A stretch of DNA of 30,897 bases, from positions 1 through 30,897 of the forward strand of contig JAPPPH010000115.1 in assembly GCA_028817635.1 (NCBI GenBank), written 5' to 3'. A model generated the notes under the pieces. It was given only the letters and a program-made list of their open reading frames with translations. It made no database searches and was not told the origin of the DNA. This DNA is from Verrucomicrobiales bacterium (lineage in GTDB: Bacteria; Verrucomicrobiota; Verrucomicrobiia; Limisphaerales; UBA1096). Within the stretch, counting starts at the first letter, position 1. Each line of letters starts with the position of its first letter. Of this stretch, positions 1 to 8,063 are shown piece by piece. The position numbers and the translations under genes are program-made.

Positions 1-1
1 G

Positions 2-766
2 GGCAGCACGGTGGGGGCGATCCCCAGCGCCATCGGTGGCCGCAAGATTACACTCAGCCACATTGGCAAGACGTTTGACGTCAACGATGAGAACGTCAGG
101 CGCTGGAACGGCTGGTGGAGATATATTCGAACAGACCAGTTGTTCATCTGGATGCCGGGTTGCTTCATGGGCATGGCGTTGCCGGCGCTCATTTCGCTGC
201 AGTTCTCACCGCACTCTCCGATGTTCGATGATCCCAACCGGCTCGACTGGGCTCAGGCCATCATCAGCGCTGACGGCATGCGGCATGCGTTCACGCCCGG
301 CACGGGGCTGTCGACTTTCTTCTGGGTGGCCACGCTGCTGGTAGGACTGGTGGTGCTGTTGCCCAGTCAAATGTCCATCGTCGAGGACGTCTGCCGGCGG
401 TGGACGGACATCCTGTGGTCCGGCAGCCAGACCGTGCGCGAAAAAATGCGCCCCGATCAGGTTCGCCGAATCTATTACTCCATTCTTGGCTTCTACGTCC
501 TGTGGACATTTATTTGTGCGACGATTTTTCTTTTTTACAGCAAACCCAAAATCATGGTGCTGATTGTCGCCAACCTGAATACTGTTGGCATTGGCTTCAC
601 GGCATTTCTCATCCTGCGGATGAACTGCCGGCTGCTACCCGCGCAGTTGCGCCCCCGCTGGTATCACCGTGCCGGGATGATTGGTTGTGGCGTCTTTTAC
701 CTTGGCATGGCGACCGTCGTTTTTTTCCAGACACAAATGCCGCTCATCCGGGAACTCTTTTTCTAG
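2..766 (+). CDS. Polytopic membrane transporter, probably Nramp/MntH-like (planctomycete type); 5' end lies outside the window
   Basis: Frame is open from position 2 and ends at TAG 764-766. Several hydrophobic helices (LFIWMPGCFMGMALPALISL; FFWVATLLVGLVVLLP; YYSILGFYVLWTFICATIFLF). Family assignment is by resemblance only. Confidence 0.55.
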   Translation, partial: GSTVGAIPSAIGGRKITLSHIGKTFDVNDENVRRWNGWWRYIRTDQLFIWMPGCFMGMALPALISLQFSPHSPMFDDPNRLDWAQAIISADGMRHAFTPGTGLSTFFWVATLLVGLVVLLPSQMSIVEDVCRRWTDILWSGSQTVREKMRPDQVRRIYYSILGFYVLWTFICATIFLFYSKPKIMVLIVANLNTVGIGFTAFLILRMNCRLLPAQLRPRWYHRAGMIGCGVFYLGMATVVFFQTQMPLIRELFF

Positions 767-781
767 TCACCCAATGCGACC

Positions 782-1591
782 ATGAACGATTCACTTTTCA
801 ACCTGACAGGCAAGGTGGCAGCCGTGTCCGGCGCGGCCAGCGGCATGGGCCGAGCGATGTCACTGGCCCTTGCCGAAGCCGGGGCGGATGTGGTGTTGAT
901 CGACCTCAATGAGGATGGCGCACGCGAAGTCGCCAGTGCTGTCGAAGAGATGGGCCGTCGCAGCCTTGCCGCCCGTTGCGACGTTTCCAATCCAGACGAC
1001 ATCCGAGCCCTGTTCACCGCCATTGACGAGGCATTTGGCCGGATCGACTTTCTTGGCAACGTCGCCGGGGACGCGGTCCGCGAAAAACCGGAGACCATTC
1101 GACTCGAGGACATCGAATCCACCTGGCGAAACCTCGTGCTGGGCCGGTTTTTCTGCTGTCAGGAGGCGGGGCGGCGCATGCTGGCACAGGGCAGCGGCAG
1201 CATCGTCAACATCGGTTCGCTGGCGAGCGTCTCCGCGCTGGGGCGGGGGCACATCGGCTACAGCATGGCCATGGGCGCGGTGGCCCAAATGACCCGTGAG
1301 TTGAGTACCGAGTGGGCCCATCGCGGCATCCGGGTCAACGCCATCCTGCCGGCACAGGTTTTGAACGAGGGGCTGCAGCAACGCATCGACGCCGACCCGG
1401 GAATTCGCGACCGCTTTCTCGGGGGTATCCCGGCCGGTCGGTTTGGCCACCCGGACGACATCCGCGGCCTGTCGGTTTTTCTCGCGTCCGATGCCTCGTC
1501 GTGGATTACCGGCGCGCTCATCCCGATGGACGGAGGTAATCTGGCGCAGAACGCCGGGGGCTCGCACGGCAGTGAGACCTTCAACGAATAA
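782..1591 (+). CDS. Short-chain dehydrogenase/reductase (SDR), atypical catalytic motif
   Basis: Rossmann motif SGAASGMG, NVAG, GSIVNIGS, IRVNAILP and C-terminal WITGALIPMDGG. The catalytic YxxxK reads YSMAM. Confidence 0.9.
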   Translation: MNDSLFNLTGKVAAVSGAASGMGRAMSLALAEAGADVVLIDLNEDGAREVASAVEEMGRRSLAARCDVSNPDDIRALFTAIDEAFGRIDFLGNVAGDAVREKPETIRLEDIESTWRNLVLGRFFCCQEAGRRMLAQGSGSIVNIGSLASVSALGRGHIGYSMAMGAVAQMTRELSTEWAHRGIRVNAILPAQVLNEGLQQRIDADPGIRDRFLGGIPAGRFGHPDDIRGLSVFLASDASSWITGALIPMDGGNLAQNAGGSHGSETFNE

Positions 1592-1598
1592 CACGCCC

Positions 1599-2471
1599 AT
1601 GGACGCCACGAGTGAAACCGGCCTAATCCTTTATCGCCGAATGCAGCTCATCCGGCAGACGGAACTGACTCTGGCCAGGGCGCACCAGCGAGGGTTGGTT
1701 CACGGTGCCTGTCACACGTATGTCGGTCAGGAGGCCATCGCTGCAGGGGTGTGTCATCACCTGCGCCGGGAGGATGTTGTGTTTAGTACGCACCGCGGCC
1801 ACGGCCATGCCCTGGCCAAGGGCATGGAGCCGGGAGAGTTGATCGCCGAGTTGTTTGGCAAAGAGACCGGATGTTCCGGGGGCCGTGGCGGCAGCATGCA
1901 CCTGTTCAAGCCGGAGATCGGGATGATGGGCACCAGCGGCATTGTCGGGCCTTGCATTCTACAGGCCTGTGGAGGGGGATACAGTTTCAAGCTGCTGGAC
2001 AGCGCCAACGTGGCCGTGGCGTTTTTCGGGGATGGAGCCGTGAACAACGGCGCCTTCCATGAGGGACTCAACATGGCCGCCATCTGGAAACTGCCGGTCC
2101 TGTTCGTCTGCGAGAACAATCAGTTCGCCACCGAGGTGCCGTTCGATTATTCCAGCGGCAACCCGAATGTCGCCCAACGTGCGGAGCAGTTCGGCATATG
2201 CGGAATTGAAGTCGACGGCAACAACGTCCACGAGGTTGAACAGGCAGCCGGGCGGGCTCTCGAGCAGGCGCGACAGGGGGGCGGCCCGACGTTGATCGAG
2301 TGCAAAACCTATCGCACCCGGGCGCACGCAGAGGGGATGGCTGACTTTACCTATCGCACTCGCGAGGCGGTGGATCAGTGGAAAAAACGCTGTCCCATCG
2401 AGCAGCTTGGCCAAGCACTGATCGAGGCCGGCCAAGCGGAGCCAGAGGATTTAAACAGCCATCGAGGATGA
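1599..2471 (+). CDS. TPP-dependent 2-oxoacid/acetoin dehydrogenase E1, alpha portion of a fused alpha/beta gene interrupted by a frameshift
   Basis: ATG 1599. Motifs GACHTYVGQEA, STHRGHGH, GRGGSMH, TPP-binding GDGAVNNGAFHEGLNMAAIWKLPVLFVCENN and TYRTRAHAEG. The frame ends early at TGA 2469-2471. Confidence 0.88.
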   Translation: MDATSETGLILYRRMQLIRQTELTLARAHQRGLVHGACHTYVGQEAIAAGVCHHLRREDVVFSTHRGHGHALAKGMEPGELIAELFGKETGCSGGRGGSMHLFKPEIGMMGTSGIVGPCILQACGGGYSFKLLDSANVAVAFFGDGAVNNGAFHEGLNMAAIWKLPVLFVCENNQFATEVPFDYSSGNPNVAQRAEQFGICGIEVDGNNVHEVEQAAGRALEQARQGGGPTLIECKTYRTRAHAEGMADFTYRTREAVDQWKKRCPIEQLGQALIEAGQAEPEDLNSHRG

Positions 2472-3576
2472 GGTCGCTGAACAGGTCGCGCTTGGCCAAG
2501 CGGAGGCCGAACGAGCCGCCTCGCCGGATCCGGCCACCGCCACCGCCCATGTTTATTCCTGTGCCGGCGCGGCTGTGCCCGATCCGCCAGAGCCGGGTGA
2601 CAGGGAGACGACATTTGTCGGCGCCACCCTCGAGGCTTTGGCCTTTGAGATGAAACGCAACCCGGCCATCTTCGTGATGGGCGAGGGCATCGGCCAGCGG
2701 GGTGGCAACTTTGGTACCACGCTTGGCCTTTACGAGGAACACGGGGCCACGCGCCTTTGCGACACGCCGATTTGCGAGCGTGGGTTTGTCGGGCTCGGGT
2801 GCGGCGCTGCGATGACCGGTTCACGGCCGGTGATCGATTTCATGTTCATTGATTTCATCAATGACGCTTTCGGCGAGATTGTGAATCAAGTGGCCAAAAT
2901 GCAGTACATGAGCAGCGGCCGGTTGAAGATGCCAATCCTCCTCCGAGGCTGCATCGGCGTTGGGCATAGCGCGGCCACGCATCACTCCGGAAATTACGCA
3001 TCGATCTACTCACACATCCCGGGTATTCGCGTGGTGTTGCCCTCGACTCCGTACGACGCCAAGGGGTTGTTTCATCATGCGCTGCGTTGCGATGACCCTG
3101 TCCTGTTTCTTGAGCATCGTGAACTGATGGCCACCCGGAGCTGCGTTCCCGAAACCGATTACGAGATCCCCTTCGGCCAGGCGCGCGTCGCCCGCGAGGG
3201 AACGGACGCCACCGTCGTCGCCTTGTCGCTCATGGTTCACCACACGCTGGCGGCGGCGGAAAAACTCGCGGGGGAGGGCCAGTCGATCGAGGTGATTGAT
3301 CCCCGGACAGTGTCCCCGCTGGACTTCGACACGATCCTTGGGTCGGTGGCAAAGACCGGCCGACTGCTCGTCGTGGACGAGGCTTTCGGCCCGTGCGGCT
3401 TCGCCTCGGAAATTGCCGCTCGGGTGGCCGACGAAGGCTTCGACGAACTCGACGCGCCGGTCAGGCGGCTCAACGGGGCCCACGCGCCCGTCCCCTACAG
3501 CCCGACGCTGGAGCAGGCCGTCGTACCCGGTGCGGACACCATCGAGGCCGCGATCCGCGCCCTACTGGAGGAGTGA
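2455..3576 (+). CDS. E1 alpha C-terminus plus E1 beta (transketolase-like) domain; continuation of the 1599 gene in the +1 frame
   Basis: Frame is open from 2455 and reads AIEDEVAEQVALGQAEAERAASPDPATATAHVYS (E1 alpha tail), then the beta motifs MGEGIG, DTPICE, FMFIDF, HHSGNY, PSTPYDAKGL, LFLEH, EVIDPRTVSPLD. Confidence 0.85.
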   Translation, partial: TAIEDEVAEQVALGQAEAERAASPDPATATAHVYSCAGAAVPDPPEPGDRETTFVGATLEALAFEMKRNPAIFVMGEGIGQRGGNFGTTLGLYEEHGATRLCDTPICERGFVGLGCGAAMTGSRPVIDFMFIDFINDAFGEIVNQVAKMQYMSSGRLKMPILLRGCIGVGHSAATHHSGNYASIYSHIPGIRVVLPSTPYDAKGLFHHALRCDDPVLFLEHRELMATRSCVPETDYEIPFGQARVAREGTDATVVALSLMVHHTLAAAEKLAGEGQSIEVIDPRTVSPLDFDTILGSVAKTGRLLVVDEAFGPCGFASEIAARVADEGFDELDAPVRRLNGAHAPVPYSPTLEQAVVPGADTIEAAIRALLEE

Positions 3577-3578
3577 TC

Positions 3579-4781
3579 ATGGCAACGGAAGTGATAGTAC
3601 CCCGCTTGGGCTGGTCGATGGAGGAAGGCACGTTTCAGGAGTGGCTCAAGGCCGATGGCGAACGAGTCGAGGCCGGGGACATGTTGTTTGTCTTGGAGGG
3701 GGACAAGGCCTCGCAGGAAGTTGAATCCTTTGACGCCGGCTACCTTCGCCTGCCGCCCGACGTGCCCCAACCAGGGGACGCCGTTGTGGTTGGCCAGCGT
3801 TTGGCTTTTCTCGCTGATGAAGACGACCTCGAGCCGTGGAAGGATTCGCCCCAGCCCGGGGCCGTACCCGACCGCAAAACCCCGCTTGGCCAAGCGCCCG
3901 GCCCGGTCACTGCCCAAACTAAGCCGGTGCGCTCCGGGAAATCCATCTCGCCGAGAGCCCTCCGCTTGGCCACCGAGTTGGACGTCGACTGGGATAATAT
4001 TGAAGGCACCGGCCGCGGCGGACGAATTCGCGAGCAGGACATTCGAGCGGCAGCCGCGCTTGGCCAAGCGGAGGCCCCGGGTACATCGTTGACAGGAAAA
4101 ACCGAGCCGCTCTCGGCCACCCGCAAGGCGATCGCCCGGCAGATGGTGATCGGCACCAACCTGACCGCCCCCGTCACCCTGCATCGCGAAGTGGATGCCA
4201 CGGCGTTGGTTGCCTTGCGCCGACAATTCAAACAGGCATGTGACGACAAAAAGACCGTGCCCACCTACAACGACATCCTGATTCGTCTGGTCGCGGAGGC
4301 TCTCAAGAGCCATCCGCGGCTAAACAGCCAGTGGCGCGAAGAGGGGATTTTTGTGCCGGAGCAAATTCATATCGCCTTCGCGGTGGACACGCCAACGGGG
4401 TTACTGGCGCCGGTTGTTAGCGATGCTGACCGGCTCTCCATCGACCAGTTGGCCGACCAAACCAAGGCGCTGGCGCAACAGGCCCGTGCTGGGCAACTGG
4501 AAGCGGGGCAGATGCGGGACGGCACGTTCACGGTGTCCAACCTAGGAGGTCTGGGCGTGGATTCGTTCACACCGGTGATCAATCCCCCGCAGTGCGCCGT
4601 CCTTGGCGTCGGGCGTATCCGGAAAAAAGTGGTGTGGCACGGGGAACAAGCCGTGGGCCGGGATCGATTGAACCTGAGCCTGACGTTCGACCACCGGATT
4701 GTCGACGGGGCCCCGGCGGCGAGGTTCCTTGACGATCTCGCCGGGCAAATCGAGCAACCGCCCGAGTGGCTGACGCACTGA
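3579..4781 (+). CDS. Dihydrolipoamide acyltransferase (E2) of a 2-oxoacid/acetoin dehydrogenase complex
   Basis: RBS GGAGGAG precedes ATG 3579. Lipoyl domain (LEGDKASQEV), peripheral-subunit-binding domain (SPRALRLA...GTGRGGRIREQDI) and catalytic GTFTVSNLG, PVINPPQ, DHRIVDG. Confidence 0.93.
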   Translation: MATEVIVPRLGWSMEEGTFQEWLKADGERVEAGDMLFVLEGDKASQEVESFDAGYLRLPPDVPQPGDAVVVGQRLAFLADEDDLEPWKDSPQPGAVPDRKTPLGQAPGPVTAQTKPVRSGKSISPRALRLATELDVDWDNIEGTGRGGRIREQDIRAAAALGQAEAPGTSLTGKTEPLSATRKAIARQMVIGTNLTAPVTLHREVDATALVALRRQFKQACDDKKTVPTYNDILIRLVAEALKSHPRLNSQWREEGIFVPEQIHIAFAVDTPTGLLAPVVSDADRLSIDQLADQTKALAQQARAGQLEAGQMRDGTFTVSNLGGLGVDSFTPVINPPQCAVLGVGRIRKKVVWHGEQAVGRDRLNLSLTFDHRIVDGAPAARFLDDLAGQIEQPPEWLTH

Positions 4782-4799
4782 ATTGACAAGACGATTTCC

Positions 4800-6497
4800 A
4801 TGAAAAACAGACTCCCCATTCTCACACTGTTGGCTCTCGCCACTGCGCTTGGCCAAGGCGGCACAACACGGGCGGCCGATCCCGGGCAAAGCCGGTTTGT
4901 CGATCTCTCCCTCATCGTCGCCGAGAATTATCCCTGCACATGGGCCACCGGGTTCCCGCGATTTTACATGAATCGCTACATCCGGATCGGACCGTCGAGT
5001 CCCTACAACAGTGACCTGCTGCAGATCGACGGCAACACCGGCACACAGATCGACGTACCGCCCCACTCCATTCCGCGCCCCGGCAGCGGACTGAAGAACG
5101 CCGGGCCGCTTGGTCTCGAATACACCGACCGGACCCCGGCCTGGAAGCTGGTCGGCGAAGCCTGCGTCATCGACGTGACCGCTCTCCTCGATCAGGCGCC
5201 CAACGGCGTCAGTCCGCTCGTGAAAAAGGAACACATCATCGCGTGGGAAAAGAAACACCGGCCGCTTGGCCAGGGGGACATCGTGCTGCTGTGGAGCGGG
5301 TACAGTGACAAGTATTACAGGCCAATGCCGGAGGGCCGCCGGTTTCTTGCCCTGCCGCTTGAGAAAAAAACCCCGGCCTGGCCGGATCCCGATCCCGAGT
5401 GCATGGCTTACATGGCAAAAAAGGGCGTTACCGCAGTGGGATGCGACAGTCCCACGATGGGCCCGATGCCCGACCTTGCCGCTGCCGTTCACGACGAGGG
5501 CCTGTTGCGGGGGCTGGTCTTCACCGAGGGGGCCACGAATCTCCGGAAGCTCCCACCGACCGGGGCGTTTTACTGCATGATGGGGCCGAGGCATTTCGAG
5601 GGGCCGTATGGTGAGTGCCGGGCGTTTGCCATCGTGGGTGGGCAGGCCGAAGTTCTCATCAAAGCCGCGCGCGAAAAACGGGTGGCCGATCTCTCGGTAG
5701 TGATGGCGGCGAACCATCCACTGACATGGCCCGGCCGGGGCGTATCGAGACATCGCCACCCCTACACCCGGGCCGACTTTTTTTACGAGCCGGCGCTCGA
5801 CATTTTTCATCACACTCACCTGATGGACAGCCACGCCGGGACGCATCTCGTCCCGCCGGCCTACGCCCTGCCGGGGCCGGGGTTCAAAAACAAAAAATAC
5901 TCCCCGGAGGTGCGGCAATGGCTCAAGGAGTACGAGGGCCGGTTCGGAGAACGCGGCACCAGCCGGACGACCGCTGACAAGGTTCCACTCGCTCAGACCT
6001 CGGGAAACGCCCGCGTGATTGACGTGCGGCCCCTCGTCGGCACGACCGAGGGCAGCCAATGGCCTGCCTCGCCGGTGATCACCACCGCCCACATCGAGGC
6101 CTACGAAAAGAAGACCGGCAAACTCGCACCGGGCGACGTTGTGCTGTTTCGCACCGGGCATGTGGACACCCATTTCAAGCCGCTGCCGGAAGGCAAGGCA
6201 TGCATGGAAAATCCGATAAACGGACTCAGTGAAGGCTGGCCGGCCCCGGACGCGGAGGCCATCCAGCACTTGGCCAAGCGCGGAATCCGCTGCGTGGGCA
6301 CGGACGCTCCCACGCTCGGTGGCGTGAATCCAAAACAGGCGCTGTTCACCTACTGGATGTTGGGCACTCGGGGCATGGTTGGAGTCGAATTCCTGACCGG
6401 GCTTGGCCAACTGCCGGCCAAGGCGGTGTTTCTCTTTGCCCCGGTGAAAATAAAGGGCTGCCATGGTGGCCCCGGGCGTGCGATCGCGCTGTATTAA
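4800..6497 (+). CDS. Exported cyclase-family (kynurenine formamidase-like) metal hydrolase with two tandem domains
   Basis: N-terminal signal peptide. Both halves show a DLS start, a GT(H/Q) motif (NTGTQIDVPPH; HAGTHLVPPAY), GDIVLL/GDVVLF, GCDSPT/GTDAPT and E-x-x-x-x-L (EGATNL; EFLTGL). Confidence 0.75.
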   Translation: MKNRLPILTLLALATALGQGGTTRAADPGQSRFVDLSLIVAENYPCTWATGFPRFYMNRYIRIGPSSPYNSDLLQIDGNTGTQIDVPPHSIPRPGSGLKNAGPLGLEYTDRTPAWKLVGEACVIDVTALLDQAPNGVSPLVKKEHIIAWEKKHRPLGQGDIVLLWSGYSDKYYRPMPEGRRFLALPLEKKTPAWPDPDPECMAYMAKKGVTAVGCDSPTMGPMPDLAAAVHDEGLLRGLVFTEGATNLRKLPPTGAFYCMMGPRHFEGPYGECRAFAIVGGQAEVLIKAAREKRVADLSVVMAANHPLTWPGRGVSRHRHPYTRADFFYEPALDIFHHTHLMDSHAGTHLVPPAYALPGPGFKNKKYSPEVRQWLKEYEGRFGERGTSRTTADKVPLAQTSGNARVIDVRPLVGTTEGSQWPASPVITTAHIEAYEKKTGKLAPGDVVLFRTGHVDTHFKPLPEGKACMENPINGLSEGWPAPDAEAIQHLAKRGIRCVGTDAPTLGGVNPKQALFTYWMLGTRGMVGVEFLTGLGQLPAKAVFLFAPVKIKGCHGGPGRAIALY

Positions 6498-6507
6498 ATA
6501 CCATATC

Positions 6508-6530
6508 CGCTTGGCCAAGCGCTTGGCCAA
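6508..6530. repeat. Tandem palindrome pair (12-bp period) in the cyclase/DUF1501 gap
   Basis: CGCTTGGCCAAGCGCTTGGCCAA, 10 nt after TAA 6497. Confidence 0.95.
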
Positions 6531-6604
6531 AACACGAAAAACCGGGCAAATTGGGTTGGCGTGCGGTGGTTTTTCTCCGTAGATTTCCCGGCGTCCGTAG
6601 CGTT

Positions 6605-8056
6605 ATGAAATTTTCTGATCACGAACGTGCCGTGCGCCGAATGATGCGTGCGCCGAAAACCCGGCGCGAGATGCTGAAGCAGTTGGGAGCCGGCATGGGT
6701 ACCATCGGCCTGGCTGGGTTGATGGCCGACAAGGGGCTGCTCGCCCCGGCCGCGCAGGCGTCCACCTCGCCGCTCGCGCCCAAGACGCCGCACTTCGCGC
6801 CCAAGGCCAAGCACATCATTCAACTATTCATGCCGGGTGGCCCATCGCAGGTCGATACGTTTGACCACAAGCCGGCGCTCACGGAGCACGCCGGCAAACG
6901 CCCGAGCCTTGTTGACCGCAAGACGCTGCGGAACACGAAGAACGGCCTGATGCCCTCGCCGTTTGGCTTCAAGCAGTACGGCCAGAGCGGCAAGTGGGTC
7001 AGTGATATTTTTCCCGAGGTGGGCAAGATGGTGGACGACATTTGTTTCGTCCACTCGATGCACACCGACATCCCGGAACACGCCGGGGCGATCATGATGA
7101 TGAACGTCGGGCACATTCAGCCGAACCGCCCAAGTCTCGGCTCATGGCTGGCCTATGGGCTGGGCAGTGAGAGTGATAATCTTCCCGGGTTTGTCGCGAT
7201 GTCTCCCCGCGCCCAACCGCGTGGCAAGCTGGCCAATTGGGGCAGCTCATTTCTCCCCGGTGCCTACGCCGGCTCGTACGTCAACATCGGCAGCATGAAG
7301 CCGGACGCCGTGATCGCCGACCTCAAAAACGGCAGCCTCAACCGTAGCGAGCAGCGCAAGCAGGCCGATCTTCTGGCCAAGTTGAACCGAGGGTTCCTCG
7401 CGCGCCGCGAAAAGGACGCGCAGATCGAAGCCGGCATCGAGGCGATGGAGATGGCCTTCCGCATGCAATTCAGTGTGCCGGACGTTTTTGATATCTCGAA
7501 GGAAAGCCAGGCCACGCGCGACCTGTACGGTGACAGCGAGTATGCCAAGGGCTGCCTCATCGCCCGGCGCCTCGTGGAGCGCGGTGTGCGGACGGTTCAA
7601 CTTTCGCACTCGATCGACGGGTACGACATCGCCTGGGACACCGGCCACGGTGACATCAAGGGCGGTCACGCCCGCTTGGCCAAGGCCTGTGACCAGGGGA
7701 TTGCCGCGTTGCTCAAGGATCTCAAGACGCGCGGATTGCTCGACGAGACTCTCGTAGTCTGGGGCGGTGAATTCGGCCGCGCACCAACTTCCGAAGGCAA
7801 AAACGGGCGCGACCACGATCACTACGGCTTCACCGTCTGGATGGCTGGTGGCGGTGTGAAACCCGGCTACAGCTATGGTGCCACCGACATGTTCGGCTGC
7901 TCAGCTGTCGAAAACCGCGTCCACGTCCACGACCTGCATGCGACCATCCTCAATCAGATGGGACTCGATCACGAGCAACTGACCTACCGTTACAGCGGCC
8001 GCGACTATCGGCTCACCGATGTCCACGGCAAGGTCGTCAAGGACGTCATCGCCTAG
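6605..8056 (+). CDS. DUF1501 family protein with Tat-like leader
   Basis: TRREML leader. Motifs AKHIIQLFMPGGPSQVDTFDHKP, RPSLGSWLAYGLG, GCLIARRLVERGVR, WGGEFGR, GRDH, VHVHDLHATIL, LTDVHG. Start chosen at ATG 6605. Confidence 0.88.
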   Translation: MKFSDHERAVRRMMRAPKTRREMLKQLGAGMGTIGLAGLMADKGLLAPAAQASTSPLAPKTPHFAPKAKHIIQLFMPGGPSQVDTFDHKPALTEHAGKRPSLVDRKTLRNTKNGLMPSPFGFKQYGQSGKWVSDIFPEVGKMVDDICFVHSMHTDIPEHAGAIMMMNVGHIQPNRPSLGSWLAYGLGSESDNLPGFVAMSPRAQPRGKLANWGSSFLPGAYAGSYVNIGSMKPDAVIADLKNGSLNRSEQRKQADLLAKLNRGFLARREKDAQIEAGIEAMEMAFRMQFSVPDVFDISKESQATRDLYGDSEYAKGCLIARRLVERGVRTVQLSHSIDGYDIAWDTGHGDIKGGHARLAKACDQGIAALLKDLKTRGLLDETLVVWGGEFGRAPTSEGKNGRDHDHYGFTVWMAGGGVKPGYSYGATDMFGCSAVENRVHVHDLHATILNQMGLDHEQLTYRYSGRDYRLTDVHGKVVKDVIA

Positions 8057-8063
8057 CCGCGCC

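Noticed and set aside
2450-2456. T TTA AAC, a classic -1 ribosomal slippery heptamer, in frame at the E1 break
   Set aside because: Joining alpha to beta needs a +1 shift. A -1 shift enters the frame reading QPSRMRSLNRSRLAKRR, which is not E1 and stops at 2653.
4542-6530. 662-aa minus-strand ORF and other long antisense ORFs (e.g. 12383-13450 +, 14042-15070 +, 10964-11953 -, 29133-30263 -)
   Set aside because: Shadow frames of well-supported genes in high-GC DNA, with no recognisable motifs.
6536-6575. Inverted repeat GAAAAACC-N24-GGTTTTTC upstream of DUF1501
   Set aside because: Only 8 bp, low complexity, long spacer and a single occurrence, so it is insufficient to call a site.
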